Virus record (IMG/VR): IMGVR_UViG_3300006805_000023
Direction: 5' to 3' (one strand)
From: a virus
Taxonomy: Duplodnaviria > Caudoviricetes
DNA length: 64,000 nt
A program made the position numbers and the translations under genes. Each line of letters begins with the position of its first letter. Positions within the stretch are counted from its first letter, which is position 1. This document shows, in pieces, positions 18,780 to 28,373 of the stretch. Under the pieces are notes generated by a model. The model had not been told where the DNA came from, did no database searches, and was given only the letters and a program-made list of their open reading frames with translations.

Positions 18780-20627
18780 ATGAACATCACAATCGACTCC
18801 AACCTTCTCAAAGAGCTTGAAAAAGCTGGGATCAAGCACCCGCTGGTGCGGCCAGACACTGACCGTTATTCGAGCGCCGCCACATTCTCCCTCTACTCTG
18901 TGTCCCCCACTTTCCGGGAGAAGCTGCAGAAGCATCTGGCGCGCAACGCGGAAAGCTCTCGTGAGCACAACAAGCTGCTCCAGAAGATCTCCCAGTTTGA
19001 GAAGGTCTGCAAGAGCCCTCGCACCTTCAAGGCCAAGCGCCTGGACGCTCTAGAGGCAGCGCTGACCGGAATCATCATGGAATCTGGCAAGAACCGTTTC
19101 TTGTGGGACCGTGACAACGGCCTCCCGTGGCTGGTGACCGGAGTCAACTACAAGCCATGCGAACGTGACTGCCCAGCTACTGTCACCGTCAGCATGGTAG
19201 CGACCCGTTGCGGTGAAAACGCCAGCCGGTCCATCGTTTACCACCAGTCCGACATCACGGACGTGCCTGATGCGATCGTCCCAAACAAGAAGACCGCCTT
19301 GGAAATCCTCGATGAGGACGAGGACGAGGAAGGCGACATCACGCTGGTCGGCGTGCCGATCCCACAGAGCGTCCATGGCATGCTCTACGCCAAGGGTTTC
19401 ATCATGGAGACGCCGGAGCTGGTGGAGGCCTATGAAGAGCGCATGGCGCGCTGGCGTGTGGTTTACAAGGCCTCCTATGAACAGTTCCTGTTCAAGACCG
19501 AGGACTTCAGCAGCGACACCCTGGACGTCGATGACGACCGTTGGGACTGGGACTGGAAGAAGAAACAGAAGGGCATCAGCCAGGGCGTGTTCCGGGTTGT
19601 CAACGACGTACCATTCTTCAAGTCCAGGAACAAGGCCATCGTCGAGTATAAGGCCATCCCATCGCTGGCTCGCACGGTGGATGAAACGTCCACCGAAGAG
19701 TTTGATTTGGACGAGGTCGCCAATTTCCGGATTCCAGTCCACCCCTACGTTTACGTGTTCAATCTGGAGACCCACAAGCACTCGTGGGTGCTGGCCGAGC
19801 AGATGTTCGAGTACAAGTACAACAAGCATCTGGTCGAGAAACTGATCTTACCAGAGCGCTTCAAGAAGTTGGTCAACATCCTCGCTACCAACACCGACAT
19901 TCTGAGCGCTGACATTGTGGCTGGCAAGTCCGCTGGCACGATCATCATGGCGACCGGCGAGCCCGGTCTGGGCAAATCTCTGACCGCTGAGGCCACCGCT
20001 GAGGCCAAGGGCTCCATCCTTTACAAGGTGCAGTCCGATCAGCTCGGCACTGAGCCAGAGAAGATGGAGGAGCACTTCAAAGTGATCTTCGCCCGTGCTG
20101 AGCGCTGGAAGGCAGTGCTGCTGATCGACGAGTGCGACATCTATGTTCATGAGCGTGGCACCGACATTCAGCAGAACGCCATCGTGGGGACCATCCTGCG
20201 CACCTTCGAGTATTTCAACGGCCTGATGTTCCTGACGACCAACCGCGACGTCATCATTGACGACGCCGTGATTTCACGCTGCGCTGCGGTGATCCGCTAC
20301 GAGTACCCGACGGACGAGGACGCCCACAAGCTGTTCAGCATCTTTGCCGATCTGTTCGAAATGGCGCTGCCTGACAACACTCTGGCAGAGTTCCGCAAGC
20401 AGCACCCACGGCTGTCTGGGCGCTCCATCAAAAACGTGCTGCGCCTCACGGCCCGTCGCGGCGTCAAGCTGGCCACCCTGGAGGATCTGCTGCTGTCCAA
20501 GGAGTTCGTGCCATCTGGAGGCCTCGGGCAAACGCAGATCCCGCTGACCAACACGGAACTGCTCGAATTGGTCATGCAGCGTCCAGGCCTGCTGGACCTC
20601 CTGCGCCAGTGCACCAAAACGAAATGA
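18780..20627 (+). CDS. AAA+ ATPase with large N-terminal domain
   Basis: GEPGLGKS Walker A, LLIDECD Walker B, FLTTNR sensor 1, ISRC arginine finger. Confidence 0.9.
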   Translation: MNITIDSNLLKELEKAGIKHPLVRPDTDRYSSAATFSLYSVSPTFREKLQKHLARNAESSREHNKLLQKISQFEKVCKSPRTFKAKRLDALEAALTGIIMESGKNRFLWDRDNGLPWLVTGVNYKPCERDCPATVTVSMVATRCGENASRSIVYHQSDITDVPDAIVPNKKTALEILDEDEDEEGDITLVGVPIPQSVHGMLYAKGFIMETPELVEAYEERMARWRVVYKASYEQFLFKTEDFSSDTLDVDDDRWDWDWKKKQKGISQGVFRVVNDVPFFKSRNKAIVEYKAIPSLARTVDETSTEEFDLDEVANFRIPVHPYVYVFNLETHKHSWVLAEQMFEYKYNKHLVEKLILPERFKKLVNILATNTDILSADIVAGKSAGTIIMATGEPGLGKSLTAEATAEAKGSILYKVQSDQLGTEPEKMEEHFKVIFARAERWKAVLLIDECDIYVHERGTDIQQNAIVGTILRTFEYFNGLMFLTTNRDVIIDDAVISRCAAVIRYEYPTDEDAHKLFSIFADLFEMALPDNTLAEFRKQHPRLSGRSIKNVLRLTARRGVKLATLEDLLLSKEFVPSGGLGQTQIPLTNTELLELVMQRPGLLDLLRQCTKTK

Positions 20628-21397
20628 ACCCACACTTCTGCGCCGATACTCATCTGGGTCACGCCAACGTGATCAAGCATGATCCGCGCCCATTCGAGAA
20701 CATCCAGCACCACGACCGCGTGGTGCTGGACTCGTTTCGGGCTCTGCCGACTGGCAATGAGCTGTGGGTGCTCGGTGACGTCGCCTTTACAAAGCAGGCT
20801 ATGGAGGACTTCTTCGCAGCCACGTCGCACCTGCAGGTATTCCTGATCCGTGGCAACCACGACGATGCCCTCGCCTGGAAGCAACGAGCCAAGTTTCACG
20901 CAGCCTACGAGTCCCACTATGTTAAGCGCCAGCTCGGCGAGGAGACGATCAAGTTGTATCTGTCCCATTACTCTCACCGTACATGGCGCAACTCCTGCCA
21001 CGGCTCCTACCACCTGTTTGGGCATTCCCACGGGGCGTTGGAGTCGGTCGGGCGCTCGATGGACGTCGGGATCAACTGCCTCAACTACGCCCCGATCTCG
21101 CTACTCGCGGTGCACGAACGCCTTGCAACGATCGAGCCTGAAAGCCACCACGCCAAGCAGCGCGTCAGCCACCGCTTCGTCTCCCGGATGGAGAAGGAGC
21201 TGCTCGCCAACGAAGAGCGCAAGGGCGACTGGAAGGCCTGGGAACCCAACCCAGGTGAGGCCCTGGGTGAGCTGTCCGACCACGTCGGCAAGCTCAAGGC
21301 GGCGGTCGCCGAGGGCGACAAGGCCCGCGTCTCCGAGTTTACCGCCGACGTTGCCAATCTCTCGATGATGATCGACGCCCAAAGCGGGCTCCCTTGA
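20624..21397 (+). CDS. Calcineurin-like metallophosphoesterase with C-terminal MazG-like helical domain
   Basis: ADTHLGH, VLGDV, RGNHD, SHY, FGHSHG, DVG; tail ELSDHV...EFTADVANLSMM; ATGA overlap with the AAA gene. Confidence 0.8.
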   Translation: MNPHFCADTHLGHANVIKHDPRPFENIQHHDRVVLDSFRALPTGNELWVLGDVAFTKQAMEDFFAATSHLQVFLIRGNHDDALAWKQRAKFHAAYESHYVKRQLGEETIKLYLSHYSHRTWRNSCHGSYHLFGHSHGALESVGRSMDVGINCLNYAPISLLAVHERLATIEPESHHAKQRVSHRFVSRMEKELLANEERKGDWKAWEPNPGEALGELSDHVGKLKAAVAEGDKARVSEFTADVANLSMMIDAQSGLP

Positions 21398-21419
21398 CAC
21401 TCCAAGCACCCACACGCCC

Positions 21420-22100
21420 ATGAGCACCACCACGACTCCAACGCCCCACGGGGCAATCATAGCAATCGAAGGCCTGGAGGGTGTTGGGAAATCCACTCAA
21501 GTCGTCTTGCTGGCTGATGCCTTGATGCGCCTCGGCTACGACGTCAAGACGCCACGGGAGCCAGGCGGGACGGGTTTTGGCGAGGAGGTGCGTCGCATTC
21601 TGAAGAATGGGGAGTACAAGCCGGTGCCGAAGGCCGAGCTGCTCATGTTCGAGGCCAGCCGTGCTCAGTTGATCGAGTCCATGCAGGACCATTTGGAAAA
21701 GGGTGGCATCCTGATCATGGACCGGTTCATCTGGTCCACCCTAGCCTACCAAGGAGCTGGCCGTGGCCTCGATTCTGTGGATATCAGGTTCCTCAATTCC
21801 TTCGCGACGTCCGGCGTGCATCCTGACTTGGTGGTGGTGCTCGACCTCACGGTTGCGGAATCGCGTGGCCGGTTGTTCAAGCGGAACGACATCACGGACA
21901 ACTTCGAGTCCCTTGCAGATCCGTTCTTCGAGCGTGCCAGAAACTGCTTCATCGAACTGTGCGCCGAGCACTCCGGGCGCTCCATCTTGCTCGACGCCAG
22001 GCAAGAGGTGCCGGTCATCCACACGCGTATTCTGGAAAAGACAGTGTCGATGCTATCGGCCAAAGGAGTCGTCCCGTCCTCTTCCTCCTGCCAGGCCTGA
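21420..22100 (+). CDS. tmk: Thymidylate kinase
   Basis: IEGLEGVGKSTQ, REPGGT, DRFIWSTLAYQG. Confidence 0.9.
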   Translation: MSTTTTPTPHGAIIAIEGLEGVGKSTQVVLLADALMRLGYDVKTPREPGGTGFGEEVRRILKNGEYKPVPKAELLMFEASRAQLIESMQDHLEKGGILIMDRFIWSTLAYQGAGRGLDSVDIRFLNSFATSGVHPDLVVVLDLTVAESRGRLFKRNDITDNFESLADPFFERARNCFIELCAEHSGRSILLDARQEVPVIHTRILEKTVSMLSAKGVVPSSSSCQA

Positions 22101-23057
22101 TCACCCGACTGGCGTAACTGCCTGCTTGTTGTAGAGGATCATATGCCTCACACCGCTCTGAAGCGGATCTGTCACGTAAGCGTCGTAAAACTTCGCCATG
22201 TTGGCAACGAACGCGTCTGGACTGCTCTTGTAAAAGTCAGCTGATACGCTCTGGACAGCTTCAGCCATCCCCTGCCTGAACACCACGTCGATGAACGCTT
22301 TTAGGCCGCGCTTGACGTTGCCCTCGCCGTCAGCGTCCCAGTCCCACATCGTCTCTCCGACGTCAGGGGCAGCCATGACGAGAGCGCTCGTGATCCGTGC
22401 GCTAAATCTGGTCTTGTCGGAAAGAACTCGGGCACCTGGGTTGAGCCTGAACTGGTTGAGCTTGCCGTAGTAAGAGGCGTCCTCACGGTTGCTCGTCAGA
22501 TACCACCCAGGACCACGTTGATGATAGGCCTGCGACTGCCCGTCTGTGTCGGTGTTGCCAAACACTCCAGGAACATCGGTGCCACGGTACCACGGGATGC
22601 TGCTTGGGTCGAAGGCCTCAGTCAGCAAGGACTCCGCGAGAATGTCGGCCCGTTTGACCGGCGTGATCTGGACGTCGTCGGCCTCGAACACCACGCCTGG
22701 AATCTTGGTCCAGGAATAGCCGCTGCCGCGTTCGTACACGTGCGGAGGGATGTCAACCTCGAAGGCCTCACGATCGTCGTAGGCGTACAGGTAAGCGTGG
22801 TCGTCTCCGTCCTGCCCTCCCTCGGTGGTGTCGATCCCAGCGTGGGCTAGGATGCTGGCGATTTCAGACGCGATCTCGTCGCAGGCCCCGCCACCGCCGA
22901 ACTCCTCGTCCATCCCGTCTTCGTCTTGGTTCCAGGCGTCGTATACCGCTTGGGCCGCCTTCGCCATCGCCGGTGTCAGTTGTCTGATCCGGTCGTGCAA
23001 ACTAGACTGCTGGGCTCCTTGGTGGATTTCGAGCAGGGTGCGGCGAATGCTTGTCAT
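22101..23057 (-). CDS. Putative head-packaged protein with C-terminal ADP-ribosyltransferase-like domain
   Basis: ATG 23057 (MTSIRRTLLE); WYRGT...GPGWYLTS...A.YYG pattern; TAGATAT motif 12 nt upstream. Confidence 0.5.
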   Translation of the reverse strand: MTSIRRTLLEIHQGAQQSSLHDRIRQLTPAMAKAAQAVYDAWNQDEDGMDEEFGGGGACDEIASEIASILAHAGIDTTEGGQDGDDHAYLYAYDDREAFEVDIPPHVYERGSGYSWTKIPGVVFEADDVQITPVKRADILAESLLTEAFDPSSIPWYRGTDVPGVFGNTDTDGQSQAYHQRGPGWYLTSNREDASYYGKLNQFRLNPGARVLSDKTRFSARITSALVMAAPDVGETMWDWDADGEGNVKRGLKAFIDVVFRQGMAEAVQSVSADFYKSSPDAFVANMAKFYDAYVTDPLQSGVRHMILYNKQAVTPVG

Positions 23058-23079
23058 AAGGGATTTCTGATATCTAGCC

Positions 23080-24396
23080 TTGAAGTGCTCATCCTGCAAC
23101 TCCCCGTCTAAGTCGCACAAGTCTGGCAAGTGCTCCGACTGTCGCCGTGATGGTTTCAAGGAAAGGTCACTGGCGATCTGGGACGACGCGGACGCCAAGG
23201 CTGCATGGGCAAAGTCGTGTACCTTCAAGCCGCGCTCAGCGCTGAACCAGCAGGTCGAGACTCTTCTAACCCGGCTCAATATTCACTACATCACCGAACA
23301 CGTCATCGGGCCATGGTCATTCGACGTGTTTATCCCGCACTGTGGCCTCCTGATCGAGTGCCAGGGCGAGTATTGGCACACGGTGTCCCGCAAGGAGCGC
23401 GCCGACCGGGCCAAGGCCACTTACGTGGAGTCGTACACCAAGCTGCGACTCCTGGAGGTGTGGGAGGTCGAGTTTTACAAGCAGGGGAGGCTGGAGTACC
23501 TGGTCAAGCGCGCCCTCGGACTCCTGGAAGTGCCTCCGCAGAGCAGCGTTGACTTCACGAAGCTCGACTGCCGGGTGGTTGATCGCCGCGACGCCAGCCA
23601 GCTTTACGGATCATCCCATTACCTTGGATCGTGCCGTGGCCGCTGGCACTTTGGTCTTTATCTGGGCGACCTTTTGATTGGCGCTTGTTCGTTCGGTCAG
23701 TTTCAGCGTAACGAGCAGACCCTCAAATACGAAGGAGCGTCGGAGCTTACCCGGTTCTGCATCGATTCGGCTTATCAAGTCAAGAACCTGGGGTCGTGGT
23801 TCCTATCACGCTCCCTCAAGCTCATCGGGGGTACCGTCGTAACCTATGCGGACCGCACCCAGGGGCATGACGGAGCGCTGTACAAAGCCACTAACTTCAC
23901 ATTCAGTCACGAGGTACCAAGCGATTACCACTACGTCGATCCGGGTGGTTGGGTGTTGCATAAAAAGACTGTCTGGAACCGGTCGGTGTCCATGAAGATG
24001 ACCGAGGCCGAGTATGCAGCTAAGCATGAGTTGTCGAAGAAATGGGGAGCTGCCAAGCTGTGCTTCATCTTCACGGGGACGCCTGCCCGGACGCACAAGA
24101 ACAAACCGCCAGTGCTGCAGCCGCGCAAGGTAGTCAGCGAGGTTGTCGGGAAGGTGGCTCAGCCCGTCCTTGATGTTGCCTTGATTCAGCAACTCAAGCT
24201 CGGCGGGACCTCTGCGGGAGCCCTGGCAACTCAGTTTAGCGTGTCCAGGGCTATGATCTTCCACACTGTGAAGCTTAGGCTCGTTGACTGTCACGAACAC
24301 GGTAAGCTCTGGTCCAAGAAGGACTCCTGCCCGAAATGCCGTGCTGTCCAGGGCTCTAAGGCTGGTGGTAAATGGGTCAAGGACGCGATGTCTTGA
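23080..24396 (+). CDS. Fusion of a DUF559/Vsr-like PD-(D/E)xK nuclease and a Mom-like GNAT domain
   Basis: WSFDVFIP..LIECQGEYWH; HYLG...ELTRFC...TYADRTQGHDGALYKATNF; N- and C-terminal Cys clusters. TTG start uncertain. Confidence 0.65.
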   Translation: MKCSSCNSPSKSHKSGKCSDCRRDGFKERSLAIWDDADAKAAWAKSCTFKPRSALNQQVETLLTRLNIHYITEHVIGPWSFDVFIPHCGLLIECQGEYWHTVSRKERADRAKATYVESYTKLRLLEVWEVEFYKQGRLEYLVKRALGLLEVPPQSSVDFTKLDCRVVDRRDASQLYGSSHYLGSCRGRWHFGLYLGDLLIGACSFGQFQRNEQTLKYEGASELTRFCIDSAYQVKNLGSWFLSRSLKLIGGTVVTYADRTQGHDGALYKATNFTFSHEVPSDYHYVDPGGWVLHKKTVWNRSVSMKMTEAEYAAKHELSKKWGAAKLCFIFTGTPARTHKNKPPVLQPRKVVSEVVGKVAQPVLDVALIQQLKLGGTSAGALATQFSVSRAMIFHTVKLRLVDCHEHGKLWSKKDSCPKCRAVQGSKAGGKWVKDAMS

Positions 24397-24403
24397 TACA
24401 GAT

Positions 24404-24437
24404 GAGCCGGAGGTGCTCCCGAATTCACCTCCGGCTC
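24404..24437. terminator. GC hairpin between convergent genes
   Basis: 12-bp stem GAGCCGGAGGTG/CACCTCCGGCTC; no clear U-tract. Confidence 0.55.
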
Positions 24438-24504
24438 GCTGCTTATGGCCCTTGGGACCGATCCAACCTAGTTAAGTCGGTCCCATGGGAATGTGTTTCA
24501 CGGC

Positions 24505-25932
24505 TTAGCTGCCGAAGCTGGTCGGCATGTTGCTGATGCGGACCGTCGAGTAGTACTTGTTGTTGATCATCGCCTTGCCGTAGCTGGAGGCGAAACCGCG
24601 ACGGCTCATGAAGTCGTCCAGCTCGACCGTTGGGGTCGTGAAGAGCAACAGCCAAGGAGCGAAGACGTAGCCCGTGCGGACGAATTCGTTGCCCTTGTAG
24701 CCGACGAGGGTTTCGGTGACGGGGTAACGGGTGTCGCCGTAGAGGTCGAGACGACCCAGCTTGCCCATTTCGTGCGCACCTTCGATCTCGGCGTCGTCGT
24801 TCTTCGCTTCGAAACCAGCGAGGGTCTCGACGATGTTGGAAGCCTGCTGGCCGAGCAGAGCCCAGTTCGCACGAGCACGGTTGGTGCCACGGGCGATGAA
24901 GCTGGAAGCACCGACGAGGGCGTCGATGAAGGACAGCTTGTGTTCCTGGAAGCTGATGTAGCTGCCGGTCGGGATGTTCGCGGACCAGTTGAAGGTACCA
25001 GCGCCAGCCTGCTTGCGGACGTCTTCGATCAGCTGACGGTCCACTTCCCAGTGGAGGTGATTGGTCACCGCTGGAGCCAGCATCGACTCAGCGTTCACCT
25101 TGTGGAGAGCGTCGAGAGCCATTGCGGCCTCACGGGTCCAGCGAGCGCGCAGCTTGCGGGTTTCCGCACGGATCGGGCGGCTCTGGAGCTCAAGGTCCAC
25201 CTGCTGGGACTCAGGGTTGAGTTCCTGGTGGTAGTTGTAGCTCACTTCGACCGCCGTGCCATCAACTGGCAGGCCGACGTCAGAGATCGACACTTCACCG
25301 GTCGCGTAATCGACGGAGCCTTTGGCAACCGAAGCCACGTTGTACATGATGCCGTCGCCGCCATCACGATAGACCGCCGTGTCGGCGACCAGCTGCAGGG
25401 TGCCGGGGATCAGAGGGGTGTAGGCCAGGCTGCCGGAGGTGGCAGAGCTGGACACCGCACCGAGCATTTCGGAGGTGACGCGGTCGCCGGAGTCCGTGTA
25501 ACGGTCAGCGTGGCCGGTCAGCGCATCCCAGATCTTGGAGCCGCGAGGGGTGTTGCCCTTGTCCTTGCCGGTCACGAAGTTCGCGAAGAAGATCAGACCG
25601 GTTGGGCCGTCGAGTGGCTGCACCGTGAAGAGCTTCTGGGCGATCAGGTTTTCCGACATGATCGAGATCATCGGCATGGCGTACTTGTCCCAAGTGCCAA
25701 TGTTGGTGCTCGTGGTGTTTTCCACCATGCCGTTGTTGATGGCATTGCGGTAGTTTTCGAGCATGTTGGCAGCGAAAGCCTTGGTGTAGTCGTCAGGAAG
25801 GCCATCGACCATTTCCTTCCAGCCCTTGGCTTCCATGATGTTGCCTTTGGAACCGACGCCCATGGGGGTTTCGGCGAGTTTGATGCCTCGAACGAGAGTC
25901 TCGACGAGTTTGGAGTTGTCAACGTGTGTCAT
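24505..25932 (-). CDS. Major capsid protein (T4 gp23-like)
   Basis: VQPLDGPTGLIFF, IRAETRKLRARWT, EVDRQLI, GYVFAPWL, RGFASSYG patterns of gp23. Confidence 0.92.
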   Translation of the reverse strand: MTHVDNSKLVETLVRGIKLAETPMGVGSKGNIMEAKGWKEMVDGLPDDYTKAFAANMLENYRNAINNGMVENTTSTNIGTWDKYAMPMISIMSENLIAQKLFTVQPLDGPTGLIFFANFVTGKDKGNTPRGSKIWDALTGHADRYTDSGDRVTSEMLGAVSSSATSGSLAYTPLIPGTLQLVADTAVYRDGGDGIMYNVASVAKGSVDYATGEVSISDVGLPVDGTAVEVSYNYHQELNPESQQVDLELQSRPIRAETRKLRARWTREAAMALDALHKVNAESMLAPAVTNHLHWEVDRQLIEDVRKQAGAGTFNWSANIPTGSYISFQEHKLSFIDALVGASSFIARGTNRARANWALLGQQASNIVETLAGFEAKNDDAEIEGAHEMGKLGRLDLYGDTRYPVTETLVGYKGNEFVRTGYVFAPWLLLFTTPTVELDDFMSRRGFASSYGKAMINNKYYSTVRISNMPTSFGS

Positions 25933-25977
25933 TGCAGTGGGTAGCGTTTAGCTTGGGTGGGTGGTGAGTGCTTGGGG

Positions 25978-27888
25978 TTACTTCTTCTTGGGCTGAGCGC
26001 GACGAAGGGAACCGAGGAGACTGACCGACTCATTCAAGTCCTCAGCCGGAGGGGCAGGAGGAGCAGGAGGAGCCGGAGGGGTACCACCGGGTTTCGGGGC
26101 GCTCTCATTGAGCTTGGAAGCGGCGGCTTTGACAATGCGGTCCGAAGCTTCTTCAAGCTTGGTGTAGACCTTGATGCCCTCAAGTTCAGCCTTGTTGGCT
26201 TCGTAGAGTTCGGGCTTGATCTGCTTGAACAGCTGACGGCCCATCTCGGTCATGTCCTTGTTGTACTTCGTCGCGAGCTTCCGAGCGGCCTGTTCGTACA
26301 GGTCACCACCTTCACCGCGTTTGCCACGGTTACTTTCCTTGAGAGTCTTGTGTTCCTGGATCAGCGTTTCCGTGGCGGCGTTGAGGCGCTTGGTGCGGTT
26401 TTCGTTGATCTGCAGACGGCGCTGGAGCTTGGCGATGCCACGCTTGGCCTCGGGGAGGGTCGCAGGCTCGGGGATTTCTTCGAACGGCTCCTCACCGCCA
26501 GCTGCGTCATAATCGACGGGATCGGTGGCGACGCCGTCGGCGTTGGCTTCGAGTTCGTCGGCGAGTGCCAGAGCGGCTTCAGCGTCCACGCCACCTTCAG
26601 CGGAGGTGCGGAGCATGTCGGCGGCCTTGATCAGGAGGTCCGCAGTGGCGGAGCCTTCTTCGTTGCCTTCGTCTTCACCGCCAGGGGCAGGAGGAGCAGG
26701 AGGAGCGCCAGCGCCGGGGGCGGGAGGAGCAGGAGGGGCCGGAGGGGCGTCTTCTTCGTTCTCGTCGAGGCGGGTCGCGAAAGCGGTGAGGCGAGCGTTG
26801 GCGTCTTCGATGATGAGTTTGACATCCGGGTCTTCACGCATCAGGGCAGCAGCCTTGACGCGCATGGTGTCGATGGACTCAAGAAGCGCAGCCTTGTCGG
26901 AGGTCCTGAGTTTGGTGAAGTCCGTCTGGGCAAGACGGATGGCGTTGGTTTTAAGCTCGCGGGCTTCGATGAGTTTGCTCATTTCGGTGGTATTTTGCGT
27001 TGGTGTTGGGGCGGAGATTGGGGCGGGAACTGGTGCAGGAGGCGTCGGAGCGGTCTCGACGATCTTCTCTTTCGGTTTGAGAGCTGCGGCAGCTTCAGTG
27101 ATGCATCCCAGAGCGCTGGAGACTGAATCGAAGGTGCCGAAGTTGAGGGCGTCGTTGCCAGCGAACTTGAGCTTCCCGTCCTGACCTTCGATCAGAGAGA
27201 GTTTGCCGAACGCGCTGGAGACGACCGATACCAGAGTGCGGTTGATCGCGGATTCCTGGATGTCTTCTTCTGGACTTGGAAGGGTTGGAGCACGACCGGC
27301 GGCAACTTCCTGAATGTTCCTTGGGATGGCGCGCTGCACGGATGGCGTGAAGACCACGTCCCACGTTTCGAGCATGAAGTCCTCGTTGACGTCCAGGAAA
27401 CCTTCGGCCTGAGTGGTGGTGCCTGAGCCACGGCTGGAGACACCCCAGCGGACACGGGCTTCGATGAGGGACCGCAAGAGGTTACCCTGCGGCGTCGGCA
27501 GGACCTCAAGGGTGCCAAGGATGTCGCCTTCGCGCAGTTCACCCTTCGATTCGGCAATTTCAGACTCGGTGGCAAGCCAGACCTTGGTTACGACGTGGGA
27601 GGCCTCAGCCATCCTGGTCATACCGTCTTCTGGGTGCTCGATCATCCCAAGGACACCGCGCTCGGCGAGCATCTTGGAGAAGTCACTGCCGGGGGCAAGG
27701 TTCTTCTCCCAGAGCTTCTTGCCGTAGCGGCGACCGTTGAGGTTGGTCTCCACATGGTTTTGAAACACGCCAGTCGCCTGGAAAGTGGTGCGACCGGCTG
27801 CTTCGTGCAGCTGAATCGGGCCGTATTGACGGAAGCCGCTCTTTGAGAGGGACTCCTGTACTGTCTGCCATTCACTGAGTTTAATCAT
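25978..27888 (-). CDS. Prohead protease (gp21-like) fused to scaffold-like coiled-coil/Pro-rich domain
   Basis: NLNGRRY, GMIEHP, SHVV, TPQGNLL, GVSSRGSG, WDVVFTPS; start 27888 supported by TAGGTAT 7 nt upstream. Confidence 0.85.
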   Translation of the reverse strand: MIKLSEWQTVQESLSKSGFRQYGPIQLHEAAGRTTFQATGVFQNHVETNLNGRRYGKKLWEKNLAPGSDFSKMLAERGVLGMIEHPEDGMTRMAEASHVVTKVWLATESEIAESKGELREGDILGTLEVLPTPQGNLLRSLIEARVRWGVSSRGSGTTTQAEGFLDVNEDFMLETWDVVFTPSVQRAIPRNIQEVAAGRAPTLPSPEEDIQESAINRTLVSVVSSAFGKLSLIEGQDGKLKFAGNDALNFGTFDSVSSALGCITEAAAALKPKEKIVETAPTPPAPVPAPISAPTPTQNTTEMSKLIEARELKTNAIRLAQTDFTKLRTSDKAALLESIDTMRVKAAALMREDPDVKLIIEDANARLTAFATRLDENEEDAPPAPPAPPAPGAGAPPAPPAPGGEDEGNEEGSATADLLIKAADMLRTSAEGGVDAEAALALADELEANADGVATDPVDYDAAGGEEPFEEIPEPATLPEAKRGIAKLQRRLQINENRTKRLNAATETLIQEHKTLKESNRGKRGEGGDLYEQAARKLATKYNKDMTEMGRQLFKQIKPELYEANKAELEGIKVYTKLEEASDRIVKAAASKLNESAPKPGGTPPAPPAPPAPPAEDLNESVSLLGSLRRAQPKKK

Positions 27889-27895
27889 TGCTCGG

Positions 27896-27902
27896 ATACC
27901 TA
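27896..27902 (-). promoter_or_regulatory. Putative late promoter motif TAGGTAT
   Basis: Directly upstream of the protease-capsid unit. Confidence 0.6.
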
Positions 27903-27950
27903 TGACGCCCTGACCGGAGACTCGCTCTGAGTGCAACCTGATGCGCTCCG

Positions 27951-28364
27951 TTAAGCCTCGTCTGTACTGACCGGCAATGGGCGCATCGGAGACGGCGCAA
28001 CGCGTCCGGCTAACACGGACTTAGGCATGACAACTGGAGGGGCGTCTGGGAAGCCCGGTTCCAACTTGACGTAGGCCTGGCTGAAGTTCCAGATGTGTTG
28101 AAGCGACTTCTCGGCACGCTCTTTAGTAACACCGAACCTAGCCAGCTTCTGCAGCACCTGAGGGTCGTCCCCCATGATCGAGACCGTCTGACCACCATTC
28201 CACATCACCCTGAACATGGGCGACATTGGACGGCGTGTCAGTAGCACGTAACCAGGGTTTGGAACCTTCGGCACCCCGAACGGCACCTTGTAGTACTCCC
28301 GCTCTGGCAAGTCCAGAGTGTGACGCATCAGGGCGTCCTGCAGGAGATAATTCTTGAATGGCAT
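27951..28364 (-). CDS. Hypothetical protein in head module
   Basis: ORF co-oriented with head genes. Confidence 0.6.
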   Translation of the reverse strand: MPFKNYLLQDALMRHTLDLPEREYYKVPFGVPKVPNPGYVLLTRRPMSPMFRVMWNGGQTVSIMGDDPQVLQKLARFGVTKERAEKSLQHIWNFSQAYVKLEPGFPDAPPVVMPKSVLAGRVAPSPMRPLPVSTDEA

Positions 28365-28373
28365 AGCCGTAGG

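Noticed and set aside
24493-25944. 483-aa ORF antisense to the capsid gene (also 5528-6289, 7223-8173, 25957-27126, 49406-50569 and others)
   Set aside because: Shadow ORFs from strong codon bias on the sense genes; no motifs, and they fully overlap well-supported genes.
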